The notes under the pieces: generated by a model
What the model was told of the DNA's origin: nothing
Seen by the model: only the letters and a program-made list of their open reading frames with translations
Databases searched by the model: none
Assembly: GCA_030141605.1 (NCBI GenBank)
Contig: JAQGDQ010000035.1
Coordinates: 434,001-498,000, forward strand
Direction: 5' to 3'
Source of the DNA: Tubiluchus corallicola
Taxonomy: Eukaryota > Animalia > Priapulida
Length of the DNA stretch: 64,000 nucleotides
Part shown: in pieces, positions 15,601 through 27,741 of the stretch
Layout: every line of letters begins with the position of its first letter
How positions within the stretch are numbered: the stretch's first letter is position 1
Program-made: the position numbers and the translations under genes

Positions 15601-15609
15601 ATTGGCCAT
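603..15609 (-). CDS. ASPSCR1: Tether containing UBX domain for GLUT4 (TUG/ASPL/UBXN9), spliced; 3' part continues beyond window start
   Basis: Exons (minus, GT-AG, phases consistent): 15609-15532 (MANVSVLCPNGRRVNIGVSPNKTVLQ), 13285-13230 (ILEEACKKQSYNPEDFDLK), 12690-12478 (YGRSILDVTLPFRLANLPNKAQLEL..VIVAVQLPSGDR), 10949-10794 (HPVCTYASQEIIGEKALGATTLKSLGIIHGSALIR), 10488-10242, 9277-9152, 6655-6581, 6124-5985 (EDPSDNFFDVTIEDVK), 751-603 (PLQTAQMRE..RYPRCIVRFQFPNGVNVQAVFRPSEP = UBX start). Matches TUG UBL1/UBL2/UBX architecture. Confidence 0.92.
1492..4268. mobile_element. ~2.8 kb TTAA-flanked non-autonomous DNA transposon (Sola3- or Kolobok-like) in ASPSCR1 intron 8
   Basis: Left TTAA(1488-1491)+GAACGAGTCCGCGAGAGCACCATGCA; right end reverse complement GAACGTGTCCGCCAGAAGACCATGCA, followed by TTAA (4269-4272). 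Broken minus-strand ORF remnant at 3560-3358. Confidence 0.75.
3012..3275. mobile_element. hAT/P-type MITE nested in the TTAA element
   Basis: TIRs TATAAGCGTATGGGCC / revcomp CATAGGCGTACAAGCC; 8-bp flanks TGAGACAA (3004-3011) and TAAGACAA (3276-3283), one mismatch. Confidence 0.65.
4900..5762 (+). mobile_element. Tigger/pogo-family non-autonomous element, copy 1
   Basis: TA-flanked; degenerate TIRs CAAGAGGCACCATTTATTAGACTC / revcomp CAGTAAGTGCCACCTGATAGGCTC; long similarity to 11383-12139 and (inverted) 39802-40783. Confidence 0.75.
6239..6568. mobile_element. Tc1/mariner-type MITE in ASPSCR1 intron 7
   Basis: TA flanks; TIR CACTCATATCTATGTTTGCCGGAC vs revcomp CACTCATATCTCGGTTTGCTGGAC. Confidence 0.8.
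11383..12139 (+). mobile_element. Tigger/pogo-family non-autonomous element, copy 2 (left end eroded)
   Basis: Shares blocks with 4900-5762 (GCTCCTATTCA, AATTGACTCA, CATAGAAACAGTCATGTTA, CAGTCGGTTAATTGGGTCA); right TIR TATTAAGCGGCGCCTACTG+TA. Confidence 0.75.
13612..14880 (+). mobile_element. Degraded CR1/L2-clade LINE reverse transcriptase fragment in ASPSCR1 intron 1 (antisense to host)
   Basis: Frameshifted RT motifs: SKAFSPDEV, PSDWKQ..V..VYKKG, NYRPVSQTCLSCKIMEHII, VLLDF, SGVSQCSVLGP, FSDD, WLMQFNPTKC, LVRPRLE. Confidence 0.9.
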
Positions 15610-17117
15610 TTTGACGATTTTACGCGCTCATAAATTTTAAATTTATCAAAATTATTCTAACAATAACATAATTTTACACAGTCACCCAACCACGTGGTAT
15701 GGTAAACAAACAAGTCTCACAGTGAGGCCCGCGGTATTTAGAATATTCCTTGAAAAATTCCACCAAATCAAATCTTGAAAAATTTTGGAGAACTTTTGCA
15801 TAACGTTTTTATCACTTTTACAGTGTACTCTATATCCAATGATTTTTTCTGCATTGGTAATTATATACATTGTTGCTTCGCGTTTAACTTTTGAAAATCT
15901 ACTTTACTAAAATATTATGTTTAAAATTGGGCAGATTTAGTATGACGATGTAATTTAGGGCTATATTATATTCTTATCATAAAAAATATCAATTTTAAGT
16001 ATTTTTTATACTTTTCTTAGAACAACAGAGTTTTCTCCTTGCCAACTAAACTCTCCAACTAACTCGCAAGCGTGTTCAGACTAGAGAGGCTTTGACTACA
16101 GTAACGCGCTTGCACATACATTTTAAAAGATTTAATTATGTGTTTTTGTCGGCCGGTGGTTTTCGTCTTTTTCTGGCAAAAGTAATTATACAGCTTGAAA
16201 AATTTTGGTCATCTAAAAAACCAGGCTCGATCGTTTTGGCAGGCTGGCAACCTACAACACCTACACATAATGGCAACACTGATTAGCAAGCACGCTGGCA
16301 GCGACGATTATTTGTGTGGGGCGCGAAGTACGCCAATAACCAAAGTAGGACACCTCCGCCAAAGCGCATGTGCTAAATTTGTTGAAAAACAGTGTCGTAC
16401 ATCCAAGTAGGGCATGGGCGATTTCTGTCGAGAATCGAGAATTGTGTCATAAGAAAACATAAAACTAAATTTGTTTCAGAAAAAAGTAACTTTATACTAA
16501 TGATGGGTAGTCTTTGACAATTTACAAATGTATTTTTTACAATAATATCATCATCATTATTATTAGTTTCATTAATATCATCATAACATTAAATTATGCT
16601 TTAAGGAGAGAAATTATGTAGGGCACATAGCTCGTTTATTTAGTAGAAAATAATTATTTGTATAAGAGGTAGTGAAACGGATCACCTGTCTGTGAAGCGA
16701 GACAACATAAAAAAGATATACCTTAAGCAAGTGTTGGAATCGTCTAAAAAGCATGCTTATTTCATTTCAAAAAGATTAATATCGAAGCCACTTTTGATAA
16801 TGGCCATCCTACTAGTTCAGAATAAGATTCTTTTATTTTATCAGATGTATAATAAATTGTTCAATATGTATTTTACGTTTTCAATTATTATTATTAAATA
16901 AACAAGGAGAACGGATGCTGCCACTTCAGGTCATTCAATTCGTGGCCTGCTCTATTGTCCTCCCTGGGCAAACCATGTATGTCGCGTCCTACTTGGGCTA
17001 GCCCATGTACACCAATTGGCCTACCTCGGCTAGTGTCCTACCCCGCTCCCAGCAATTTGTTTTGGCTTTTAACGTGTGTATTGTGGGATTTTGATTTGCT
17101 CGTTCAAGTTTTTTCAG
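15610..17117. promoter_or_regulatory. Divergent (head-to-head) promoter region ASPSCR1/MRPL12
   Basis: Start codons on opposite strands ~1.5 kb apart; locally more CpG than flanking introns; CAAAATGGCC (YY1-like) overlaps the ASPSCR1 ATG. TSSs inferred, not observed. Confidence 0.6.
16315..17054. mobile_element. TGT..GCA TIR element with 5-bp TSD (Ginger2/TDD-like MITE), copy A
   Basis: Flanks ATTTG (16310-16314) and ATTTG (17055-17059); body aligns with the reverse complement of 29340-30253 (e.g. GAGGTAGTGAAACGGATCACCTGT). Confidence 0.8.
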
Positions 17118-17135
17118 ATGAATTCACTAAACAAA

Positions 17136-20100
17136 ATGCTGCTGCAAACTTGCAAATTGCAGCTTGTCATTAATCGGTAATCTAGTTCGTTATATTGTCT
17201 CTTAGGAAAATTAGTATTAAGTCTATGATATGGTAAGGTAGGGTAGGCTTACTACTTTGCAAAAATTAACATTTGAAAGACTTATACTTATAGCAGTATA
17301 TTATACTATATACCATGCCGACACTCTTAAAATATAAGAGTGGTAGAGATTAATCGAGCGAGCTCAGTGTAAACCCCTAATTTTGTACCTAAATATCTAT
17401 ATTGCTAAGGTATAAGTCGTCTATATATATATGTACAAGCATAAAGCCAGAATGCACTGTAGGAAATATTTTTTCACAGAAAGAGTGGTTAGAGAGTGGA
17501 ATTTACGAAAGGAGTTTACAATTCCCCGCACAATTAATACCCCAAGCCCAATCCTAAACCCTAATCCCAATCCACTTCACGAACTTGTATTTTGTAGTTG
17601 TTAATTTTAGCTGTCTGATATTGCTAAAGCTTCTTCAGTGAATAATTTTAAGAACAAGCTGGACAGATATTTAGATATGAAATATGGGGTTACATTCTGC
17701 TTGCTCGATTAACTTCTATTACTCTTACATTTTAAGAGTGACGTTATAGTATGATGTGTTATCCAGTGTTAACGCATTAAAGGGATGCACCCTTATTTCC
17801 AATGTAGTTCCTGGAATTCGCTTCCTGTAAATTGTTTTTAATCCATGTTTTCATGGCTTACATTTAGGTCAGCTACAGCGACATGTGCTACTCTTTGTCC
17901 GTTTTGGCGCAGAAATCACAAGCGATTGTTTACTGAGAATGCAGCAGCAGAAAAAATTCCCAGTCCAGCGGTCGAAGGTGTGGAGAAGACGTACGACCCA
18001 AAAATTCATCATCTTGTAGATGAGATAGGAAAATTAACGTTGTTGGAAGTAGCCAGTTTAAATGAACTACTAAAGGTAAAATTGTGAGATTATTCCTTTT
18101 TTCGTGATTTTTTGTGAGATTTTATTGCCATTTACTTTAAATATTTGGTGGACTGAAAACTGCACAAGCATCTATATACAGTATACACTCATTTTACTCA
18201 GTAAATATGTAACTGTACTTTTTATAATTTCTTTTTAATTATGTGCAAAATCGTGAATGAATCATTGTGTTTCCTCTCTATTAATCACTAAAGTAAAATA
18301 TCCAGGCAGGCAAAACAAATTGTCATGGGGTCTTGGGATTTCTTGAAAAGTTGCTTTTAAATTTTGCTGGAATTGTCAAGAGCTAAACTGAAAAAACTTT
18401 AGATTAAAATAAATTTTAAAATCCCTGTTCAGAAAAAAAATCAGTTTAAGTTTGCATTATTGACCATAAGTAAATCCGACTCATAAAAATTCTATTAGGT
18501 TCGTGATTTGTAACGTGTAAGGTGCCATGCAAGTCATGATTCTGTACTACAGGTAAACTACACCGACATCGAAAAATATCTTGTACCCCACATTTAACAC
18601 ATTGCTTGTATAGCAACTGTAGCTACTTGTTCTCATATTGTTTGAAATAGTCATGTGTTATTTAATTTGTTAATTATTGGATATATTTATTTAGAAAACG
18701 TTGAACATCCAAGATGCGCCTGTGATGACAATGGCAGCAGCTGCATCACCAGGTCTCGCTCAGGTTTGTATTGCAACTTTAGTGTGGTGAGCTATATTCA
18801 AAGCTTGCTGAACATATCAGAAAACAATCAGCTGCGAATCTAAAATCGATTTTTAATGCACAGCTTCTTAATCCTGTAGTAAGAGCAGTTTTTATCACTT
18901 GCTTGCTAGGATCCAAAGTCATTGCTCGGCAGTTTGACTTAGTTATAAATTATAATACTCTACAAGATAGATGGCAAAGTTAAGATTTTTAAATGCAAGT
19001 AGCTGCATCAAGACTTGGTATTACTCTACAAGATAGATGGCAAAGTTAAGATTTTTAAATGCAAGTAGCTGCATCAAGACTTGGTATCATTGCTAAATTT
19101 GGCTACATGATATTTCTGAGGCATCAAAAAGGTGTTTGCATTTTATAGTGGAACTACAATATAATTTAAAGAAATAACACCATAGAGCTCTACTGTTGAA
19201 AAACAAGACATCTGCATGCGAGTTCTTGTAACAGCCAGTTAGACAATAGTATGTAGCAAAAGTAGAGTCAAGCGGTTTATTATTGGGATAAGCCCATTTT
19301 TAGAATATTAAACTAATCACAAATTAAATGTTGTCTTTTTATAATTTACAGCAGGAGGATGAAGATGAGGGGATCCCCCAGAAACAGAAGACTGCATTTA
19401 CTGTGAAATTATTGAAATTTGATGAAAGTAAAAAGGTTCAGCTTATCAAAGAACTAAAGAATGTGATGGAAGGCATGAACCTTGTGCAAGTAAGTGTGGA
19501 TATAAATAAGATGGGTTGGCTGTTAGTGTTCAGTTTTTTGCACAGCTTTGCATTCTTTAACCTGGAATTCAGTGCTCACTAACAGCGCCTAATTTAATGT
19601 AGATCTTTGTAGCTAGAACAAAAATACATTAGTCCGTTTTTAATTCAACAGAGAATAATCCTTTAAGATGAGATAGGGAATATAACAACAAAACAGACAT
19701 TGAAGCTTTTTAGCACGTTATTATGATTACATAACTAATTCACAGTTATTTTTACACAAGAGAAATTAATAAATTAAAAGACTTCCATTTTTCTGGCAAA
19801 TTTCAAACATGTGCATTGCTGTAAAGATTGCCATTTTTCCCATCTTTGGCATGAGTGAGCAAGAATGACGTACATAGTACAAAGCGTCTTTGGTTACCGA
19901 TCCTTGGTGACCTCATGACTGTACTCATTACGTCGTCTCGTGAAACGAAATGTGACAGTTCTTCAAATTTAGTACCACTGACAACGAAGTGATAAAAAAC
20001 AAAAGAAACAAGTTTTACAGTAAGTTTATAATAAAATAAATTGAATATTTGTAATGCGAGTAGGATTTTGATTTGTAAATCTTATATTATAGTGAGGGTT

Positions 20101-21596
20101 TACTTTGACTTTAACATGCAGTCTCTTTCGCATTGTAAAATGTGTATCTACAACTATGTAAGATATAGTTGTGAGTGCAGCATGGCAGAGAAAAGCACCC
20201 AGTAGTAGTTTTTCTATGTGCATCCATCCACCTACTAACCAGCAGCCTTCTCCATACTCAAAAACACACTGTGAGTGCTCAGGTATTTTTCTCACCGCTT
20301 AATGGCACATATACTCAATTTTGGAAGGGTGTCATGTACTTAATACCATATTCATTCAGTTTTACAATAGTAGACATGTCATGTGTCCGATGCAGTGACA
20401 AGATTTCTAAGCAAAGGTGGCAAAGATGAGGTGATGTGATCTGGCAGCGAAGGCCAGTGATTGATGATAAGTTGAGATTGCTGGGTCATGCGAGAGGTCA
20501 TTCCTCTAAACGGGAAGACGATAAGACTGCATTTACCGTGAACCTGCAGGAAAAGTAGCAAGATGCAGGGGGAGGTCATAAGGGTTGTAGCAGCTCAGCA
20601 AAGAGCTGGTGACAGGTGGTAAGACTAAAATATAATGAAAAGGATGTGCAAATGATGATTTGAAGTTGATGGAAATTAAAAAGATGACACATAGTGCTGT
20701 GGGAAAGTGCCATTAGTGGCCCATTACTAGCCCAGCCCCATGGTAAGTAAAAGTGTACATTGACAATTTTGGAAATGTTAGGAGTGGGCCATTGGAGTTT
20801 ATCACATGCTGTTACAATTTAACTCATAACTGATGCTAACCATGTTTATTTAAAGACACTTGGAAGGTTAATTTTAGCATTTTGTCAAGTTACAGTAGCT
20901 ACATCACTATGAAATTTATTAATTTGAAATGTTTGAGGGTTGTGTATCAAATATGTTTCCGCATACTGTCGCAGACTTGCACATTTTAAAGGAAAACGAG
21001 ACCCAATTTTTAACTGTACATCAAAACAATCTGTTCTTTAAAATATTGAAAGGGATTATACTATTTTTTCAAGAATAATGTGCATGAAAGAATTATTACT
21101 ACACAAATGCAATTTCGTGTTCCTGCGGCTAGTTTTTCATTGTTACATGCATTTCGCTATTTGCAAACACGTGAAACACGCTCGTGGAATACTTTTGCTT
21201 TTGAAAATTGTGTTCATTTGTGATGTCATCAATAGTTGGCCTCACCTACTGTTAACTAAGATTTTAATCTATTATGTGATTATCAGGAATGCTTTTGCAG
21301 TATTATTGGTGTTAAATCATATACTTTTTATTGTACTTCAAAATGAGGTGGGGTACGAAAAATCATCCTGTTTTCCTTTAAGGGTATTGGTTAATTTGGT
21401 TTACTACTACTAATATGTAGTAAAACCAATGGACTTTTGAGTACAACTGGTGCATTATATGTTTTTTTGCATCTTGTAGGCAAAGAAGTTTGTGGAATCA
21501 GCACCACAGACAGTTAAAGCAGATGTTGGAAAAGATGAAGCAGAAAAATTAGCTGAAACATTAAAAGCTGTTGGTGCTGTCGTTGAAGTAGAATAG
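17136..21596 (+). CDS. MRPL12: Mitochondrial ribosomal protein L12 (bL12m)
   Basis: Exons 17136-17176 (in-frame upstream ATG at 17118), 17868-18075 (KTYDPKIHHLVDEIGKLTLLEVASLNELLK), 18695-18763 (KTLNIQDAPVM), 19352-19489 (QKTAFTVKLLKFDESKKVQLIKELKNVMEGMNLVQ), 21480-21596 (AKKFVESAPQTVKADVGKDEAEKLAETLKAVGAVVEVE*). Arg-rich N-terminal mitochondrial presequence. Confidence 0.95.
17595..17725 (+). mobile_element. Short CR1-like LINE 3'-end relic
   Basis: Sequence encodes, with a frameshift, ASSVNN-KNKLDRYLD, typical of the CR1 ORF2 C-terminus. Confidence 0.35.
18956..19087. repeat. Perfect 66-bp tandem duplication
   Basis: TACTCTACAAGATAGATGG...CATCAAGACTTGGTAT occurs twice head-to-tail. Confidence 0.95.
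19680..20114 (+). mobile_element. ~450-bp TTAA-bounded repeat family (Kolobok-like), copy 1
   Basis: Aligns with 43290-43739 and 50306-50810; ends TGACTTTAA. Confidence 0.75.
20380..20760 (-). mobile_element. Possible L2/Crack-like LINE 3' fragment
   Basis: Minus-strand translation contains HGKCS and HWPSLPDHI, resembling the WNSLP C-terminal motif of L2-clade ORF2; heavily decayed. Confidence 0.35.
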
Positions 21597-24451
21597 TTTA
21601 TTGTAAAAAAATAAGCAAATTCAGCTTTTATTAGTTTCTGTCATCTGTGTCAATGATCCAAAAATTAGTTTTCCGTATCATGTAAGAACTTTGTATAGCA
21701 TGTATGATTGTGTTCTGTGTGCTGAGAAGTAATATAAAGTTGGTTTAAAATAAGTTGGTATTAAATCTTTGTTTTACTCACAAGTGTTATATTGCCTGCC
21801 AATGAAGCTGCCATGAACAAGCATGTAAATTTTCATTCATACGGTCATTTTATTTAAGTCACATTTCTGCAAACTACAATTTGATACCGATACTCAATTT
21901 AAAATTTATATGCCCATTTTATGTGAATTTTACCAGTCCAGGACATGGATTTTTAAACTGCAAATTTTTCGTCAAGCATTTTAACTTATCACTGTAATTT
22001 ATTTGGTTTTGATTATTTTGCTGTTGTAATATCTCAGGAAGAGTTGAAAATCTGGAAACATAATGGCTAATAAAATATATTTTAATCTATATTATGCCAT
22101 GGTACATCAATAAACAGACAGGCAACAAATATACTGTAAGACTATGTGCAAGATGATAAACCGATCTTTATTTTCAACTTAAATAATTTATAGATTACAG
22201 ATACAATACTACAACAAAAGGCAAGCACTGGATTTATGTATTAAACAGAACGTTTTTACAGCAAATATTTGCATATCTATCGTCTAATATAATTCGTGTG
22301 TGCTATGAATATTATAGGCAAGGCCAAGTCCCACATACATAAATAAACATCTCAAAAGGGACGCTACTTACAAGTACAAAAGTTACAGCAATTATATGCA
22401 TTAAAAAATTTATCTAACCAGATTAAACTACTACTATAATATAGTTATAAGCACAATTGAGCAAGGGTAATAGCTCTCGTGGTTACGTGCACAAGTCTAC
22501 ATAAAATTAGATATGGAATTTACAAAGCCAACATCACAAAGCAAAAACTTTAATGTGACAGGAGCTTTTGTCATAGTCATGAAGTGCAATCTGAACTGGT
22601 TTAAAGTTGACAGTAATGATTGTTAAGATTTATAAAACAATCGCAGCTTTCTTTATATTTGAATTAGTTTGATTAATCAGAGTTTGCAGTGGAAAAAACA
22701 AGTTCACTTGATAAAAGTGAAGTTTAATATTATTTTGAGTACCAGCAGAACTTCTTATTAGAGGGTCTTTTAGTTTTACACGTAGTTCTTGCAGCTAAAT
22801 CTGCTTTCTTCAGCTAACTAGCCAACGCTTAGTGCAAAAAAGGCCCTCATAACAAGTACAGTGGCTTGCAGTACTGTACATGGAAAATTAGAACTTAAGA
22901 AATCTTTGAGCTTCCAAAAATCATCAAAAACTTCATGAAATTTTTTTTTCAGATATTTGCAATAACCCATTTTGTTCTTTTAACTTTTAGAAAAGGGGCA
23001 CATATTAGGCAAAAAAAACTATTATAGTAATATCAAGGCTTGGTGTTTCCAATTTATGGATAGCATAACTAGCTACATAGAAATAGTTCCCAAGATTTAC
23101 AAAGACCTTGATTCAAGCATGTGGGTTAAATTCACCGAATAAAATATACATGAAAATTAATTTCACTTGAGTTCAGTGCAAGTTTCAAACAATATGAAAA
23201 AATGTCCGAGCAAAGTTCCCGTGTCATTTTCTTGCAAGATTGTGAATGCAACAATATTAGCAAAAGAACATTAAGAACAGCAAAAATATTACTGACATCT
23301 CAATAAATAAAAAAGAGCTGCAATATCATACAATATCACTTGTCATAAATACCATCATTATAACATTCCAACAGAGTAACGCTCATTTTAATCAAAACCT
23401 GAGAACGGCCACTTTTCTCATGATCAGTCAACTGTCGTCACACTGTCTAATTTTAGAAGATCGTTGGCTTTTTGAAAAAAAATTAAGTTGTATGGGGAAA
23501 CCAGTGGGTGTGCATGTGAAAAATACATCATAACCACAGCAATCTGCACTAAATGCACTCATGAAATATTAATAATAAAGTTAAATCTGAATGTGGATTA
23601 TTGTAACAATTACTAATTAAAAGAGAATAACGATTCTTTGGCTGGCAGCTTAAATTTTCCAGATTTTTTCTTAAGATTACTTAAAATTGTTAGCCCTATT
23701 AACGTCTTTCCCACGCTATTACATTTCCTTTGGTAAGTCATTTGTTACATGCACTTTCTCTAACAAAGTGAAATGGAACCTTAGCGAAAAGTGTCTTGTC
23801 TGAAAATGGTGCAAAATGGGATATTATATGAATTATAACAGTGTGTTCATGTCAAGGTTTTGGGTGGTAACTTCAGCCCAAATCAGTAAATCACGACAAA
23901 CACTTCGCAAAGCCACATCGCGCAGTGGTATTCTTACTCCTTTTACAAACTGCTTTACTAGGAACATGTTTCTCACTGAATTTCCGCACTAAAATGAATA
24001 AATATTTTATACTCAAAAGATAACAAATATACACTAAGTCATGAAAATTTGCTGCTTGCTGATAGAAATGAAATGATTTCGAGATTTAATTGCTCCAGTT
24101 TGACATGTCATTACAAATTTGTCGCCTGTTATTACCGGGTTGAATTTATATTGTTTACCTTTGAATTATTTCATACATGATACTTGTCAGTTCAGCATCC
24201 ATCAAGATGCTCTCAAGAATTTTCCTACACTTGCTTCAGCAGCAGTTAGCACCTTTTCACAACAGTGAAAACAACACTGTGTGCAAAATATAATGATTAC
24301 TATAATTGCAAATTCTGCATAAGCAGTAAGTATTATATAGTCCTGGAAGTAAAAATAACTTACTCTTCGTTTCACAGTGCATGGTGAATTTTGCACTCAC
24401 GCACAGAACTTTGATTGAACTTGCACATTCAAATACTGGGTTAACGACACT

Positions 24452-26333
24452 TTATCCAGTAACTTGGCAAACCCATTTTGCCAGGTCGACATCTTCCGTC
24501 TCTGACTTCTTTATAAACTGATGCTGCACCAAAGATTTTAAATCTGCTCTTTCCTTTGGATCCTTCTTTAAACACTTATTAACGAAGTCTTCAAATTCGG
24601 AAGAAAAGATGCCACTTGGTAACTTTGGGGGAGCTTCGTTCACAATGTAATCTAACAGTTCAAATATAGCCATTGGTCGTACACCATCGCCTCCTGGTAA
24701 GCTAAAACTTCCACCAAGACTGCTTAAGGGCCGCTTCGTTGTCTGTGCTTCCGGGTCTCCTTGAAATTTATCACCAAAAATCTTTTGGTAATCTTTTGCA
24801 TCTGGTGGAGGAATTGGATAACGTCCTATTGCCATTTCGACTAACGACAATCCTAAACTCCAAATATCAGATTGAACAGAGTAATGGCTTCCTTGTAGAC
24901 GTTCTGGTGACATATAAGAACGAGTGCCAACGAACGAGTTGGCCATTGAATCAATTAACTGACCACTCACACCAAAGTCACATATTTTAATTTCACCAAA
25001 CGTATTTACTAATATGTTACTCGGTTTCACATCACGGTGCATAATTTGGTGTTTCTCCCGGAGGTATGTTAAACCCTTCAGGACAGCCATCGTGACTTTG
25101 CCCAGAACAGACTCTGGAATTTTTCCAGCCTTTTTTAACACCAGGTCAAGAGAACCACCATCCATGTACTCCATGCATATACTGATTTCACCATCACTAA
25201 AAAAGTTACCATAGAATCCCACAATGTGTGGAGAATTGCACTCGTGAAGAACTTTCATTTCTCGAAAAATCTGATTACGGATAGCTGGCTTTACTTCTAG
25301 ATGAATTAGCTTGCGAGCCATAATTAACCCTGTTCGTTTGTGACGTACTTTTGTGACAACGCCCCCATTACCAGCTCCCAATTCTCCAAGTGTCTCCAAA
25401 TCTTCTGCTTTGAAATCGCCAACTTGCTTCTTCTGAATGAAAAATTCTTCAAGCCGCTTTCTTTCCAAATCATTGATTTCTAATGTTGCAACCTAAAAAA
25501 TGTATCAATCAACATTTTGTAAACTGTCAAAAGTATTTAACAAGCGACATACATTATTAACACGCTCAATTACATTACCGGTGTGAAATCAGTAATGCCT
25601 AATGGTGTTTAGATTAATGTCTAATTGACTCTGAATATTATATCATAAAGAATGCTATAACATAACATAACTCACTAATAAGGTTGTTCAAAGCCACTGT
25701 GCAAAGCACAGACAATTATCAGTAAAGATACACCTCTTTCAAAAGACTTATCACAAAGAAAAGGGTCCTGAAATCTTCCAACTATGAAACATCTTTAATT
25801 AAACTTCACATGCTCTCCAAAAGCCTTTCAATGCCACTGATATTAAAGAATATTGATTAACACCACAAAGTTTTTTTAACAACAACTAATGGCCTGCATA
25901 TTGCTACATTTGCACGGAATTTGAAGAAAAAACGTAAAACTAACTAGATATTATTCTTCCAGCAGGAACAGTCGTGAACCTAAATTTAGTTGGAGCTATG
26001 GGACACATACTGTAAGTTCAGGCAACCGAATATACTTTTAAATGACTTAAGCGATTTAAATCTTTAAGACGTATTTTCAAAAATGCAAAATTTTTGGCAG
26101 GTTGTCTCATAATTAAGAGCTGCAGTTTTTCAGATTTGCTTGTTGAACAGGTAATGGACTTACTGTTAAACAAAGATAAAAAATGAATCACTCACTTGTC
26201 TCTGCAAAGCATCAACATTAACTGAACCAGGGCCAGCATCTCCACTTCCACAAGTTCCACCATTTCCATCCGTCCCTGTTGCTGGTAATGTCAAACCAAA
26301 TTTATTTTTATTTCTTCTCGAACCACTCGACAT
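24452..26333 (-). CDS. MAP2K1: Dual-specificity MAP kinase kinase MEK1/2 ortholog (Dsor1-like)
   Basis: Two coding exons: 26333-26196 ([17 protein letters not shown].. ERK-docking D-motif ..DALQRQ) and 25492-24452 ([84 protein letters not shown]). GT-AG intron 26195-25493, phase 0. Confidence 0.97.
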
Positions 26334-27741
26334 GATATTTCAGCTGTCAGTAATTATGACTAAAGCATCCTTTAATTTCCATCTATGAAAATAATTGCAA
26401 ACATTAATTATTTAAAAAGACATTTTCATTTAAGACAAGCAATCCTCAAAAATTACCAAGTTTCCTCACATTTTAGTTTTTCCACTTTAATATCATTACA
26501 CAACTAGAGGCTGTATAACACAAATTTAATTCATAATAAAAACGACAGGGACAATTAATGAAAAATCCCACAATTAAAAAGAAAAAAAACAGGATATTTC
26601 AAATCACCACTGGTGTTAATCTTAAGGTAAAAGAAAAAAGGAAAAAAATAACATGAAACTACTAATACTATTATGTTAGGAGTTTTTTAAATTATTAATA
26701 CTCAGAAATTAATAACATAAAAAATACAAGGTGATACAGAAGCACAGCTTGCATACAACTTGCATTTTATTTTTAATCACTAATTTTTTGTAATGCGAAC
26801 GTCCTTCAATTATTTAATGTTGGTTTACTGAACACGAATGATGTTTCATGGCATGCAAGATATGATTTACTGGAAATTAGTAAAGGAAAATTCATTGATC
26901 AAAAAATTGACCAGGATGTAAAAGAATAATTTTATTTGTCTTCAAATAATCACTGGATAGTATATAATAATAATCTACATAATTGAAAGATTGAGGAGAT
27001 GGCAAAAGACCACATGGTCATCAAATCTGCCATCCTAATTGCAACTATGAACTGTAACAAACAAAAGTGAATTGCAATTTGAAAAACGACTCAGTAAGTT
27101 ACAATAGCAACATCATTCTATCAAGTATCAATGGAGAATAAATACTTTTGTGGAAGTTGCCATTTTCAATTTTGTTTAACTGCACTACAAAAGACAATAT
27201 TGACCTAAATGATATAAATTCAGTCAAAAAGTCCAAATGGAAGAAGTACATAAAAAGTGAAATTAATGTGTTTATCACACAACATTAAAAAATTAAGATT
27301 TTTAAAACAACAGTTTTCAAAGGCAAGACTATGTGTTAAAATGCCATTTAGATGACATGAAAAAAATTATGGCTATAAGGTTGAACATGATTGACCTAAA
27401 AGCAAATTTTAAAAACTCGTTTAAAAAGATTTGAAATGTACATTCTGTCATTTTGCAAATGATACTACAGAACATATGTTTGAATGTAGGTCAATATACA
27501 TTAGTAAATGGGGATTATCTGTGCAAGATATTAGTGATACACACATAGATAAATTAAGAAAAGTTCGACTGTATGTCACTTGACTGTATGAGCTCTTGCA
27601 GCTAAAACTAAAAGTATAATGAAAGACAAGTAACCAGTAATCACTGATTAGTGAAAAAGAAAAAAAATTATGTGTACAAAGTGAACAAAATACGCGTTTT
27701 TGATCTTGTAAACTGGCACTTTTTATTGATGTCAGTTTGCT

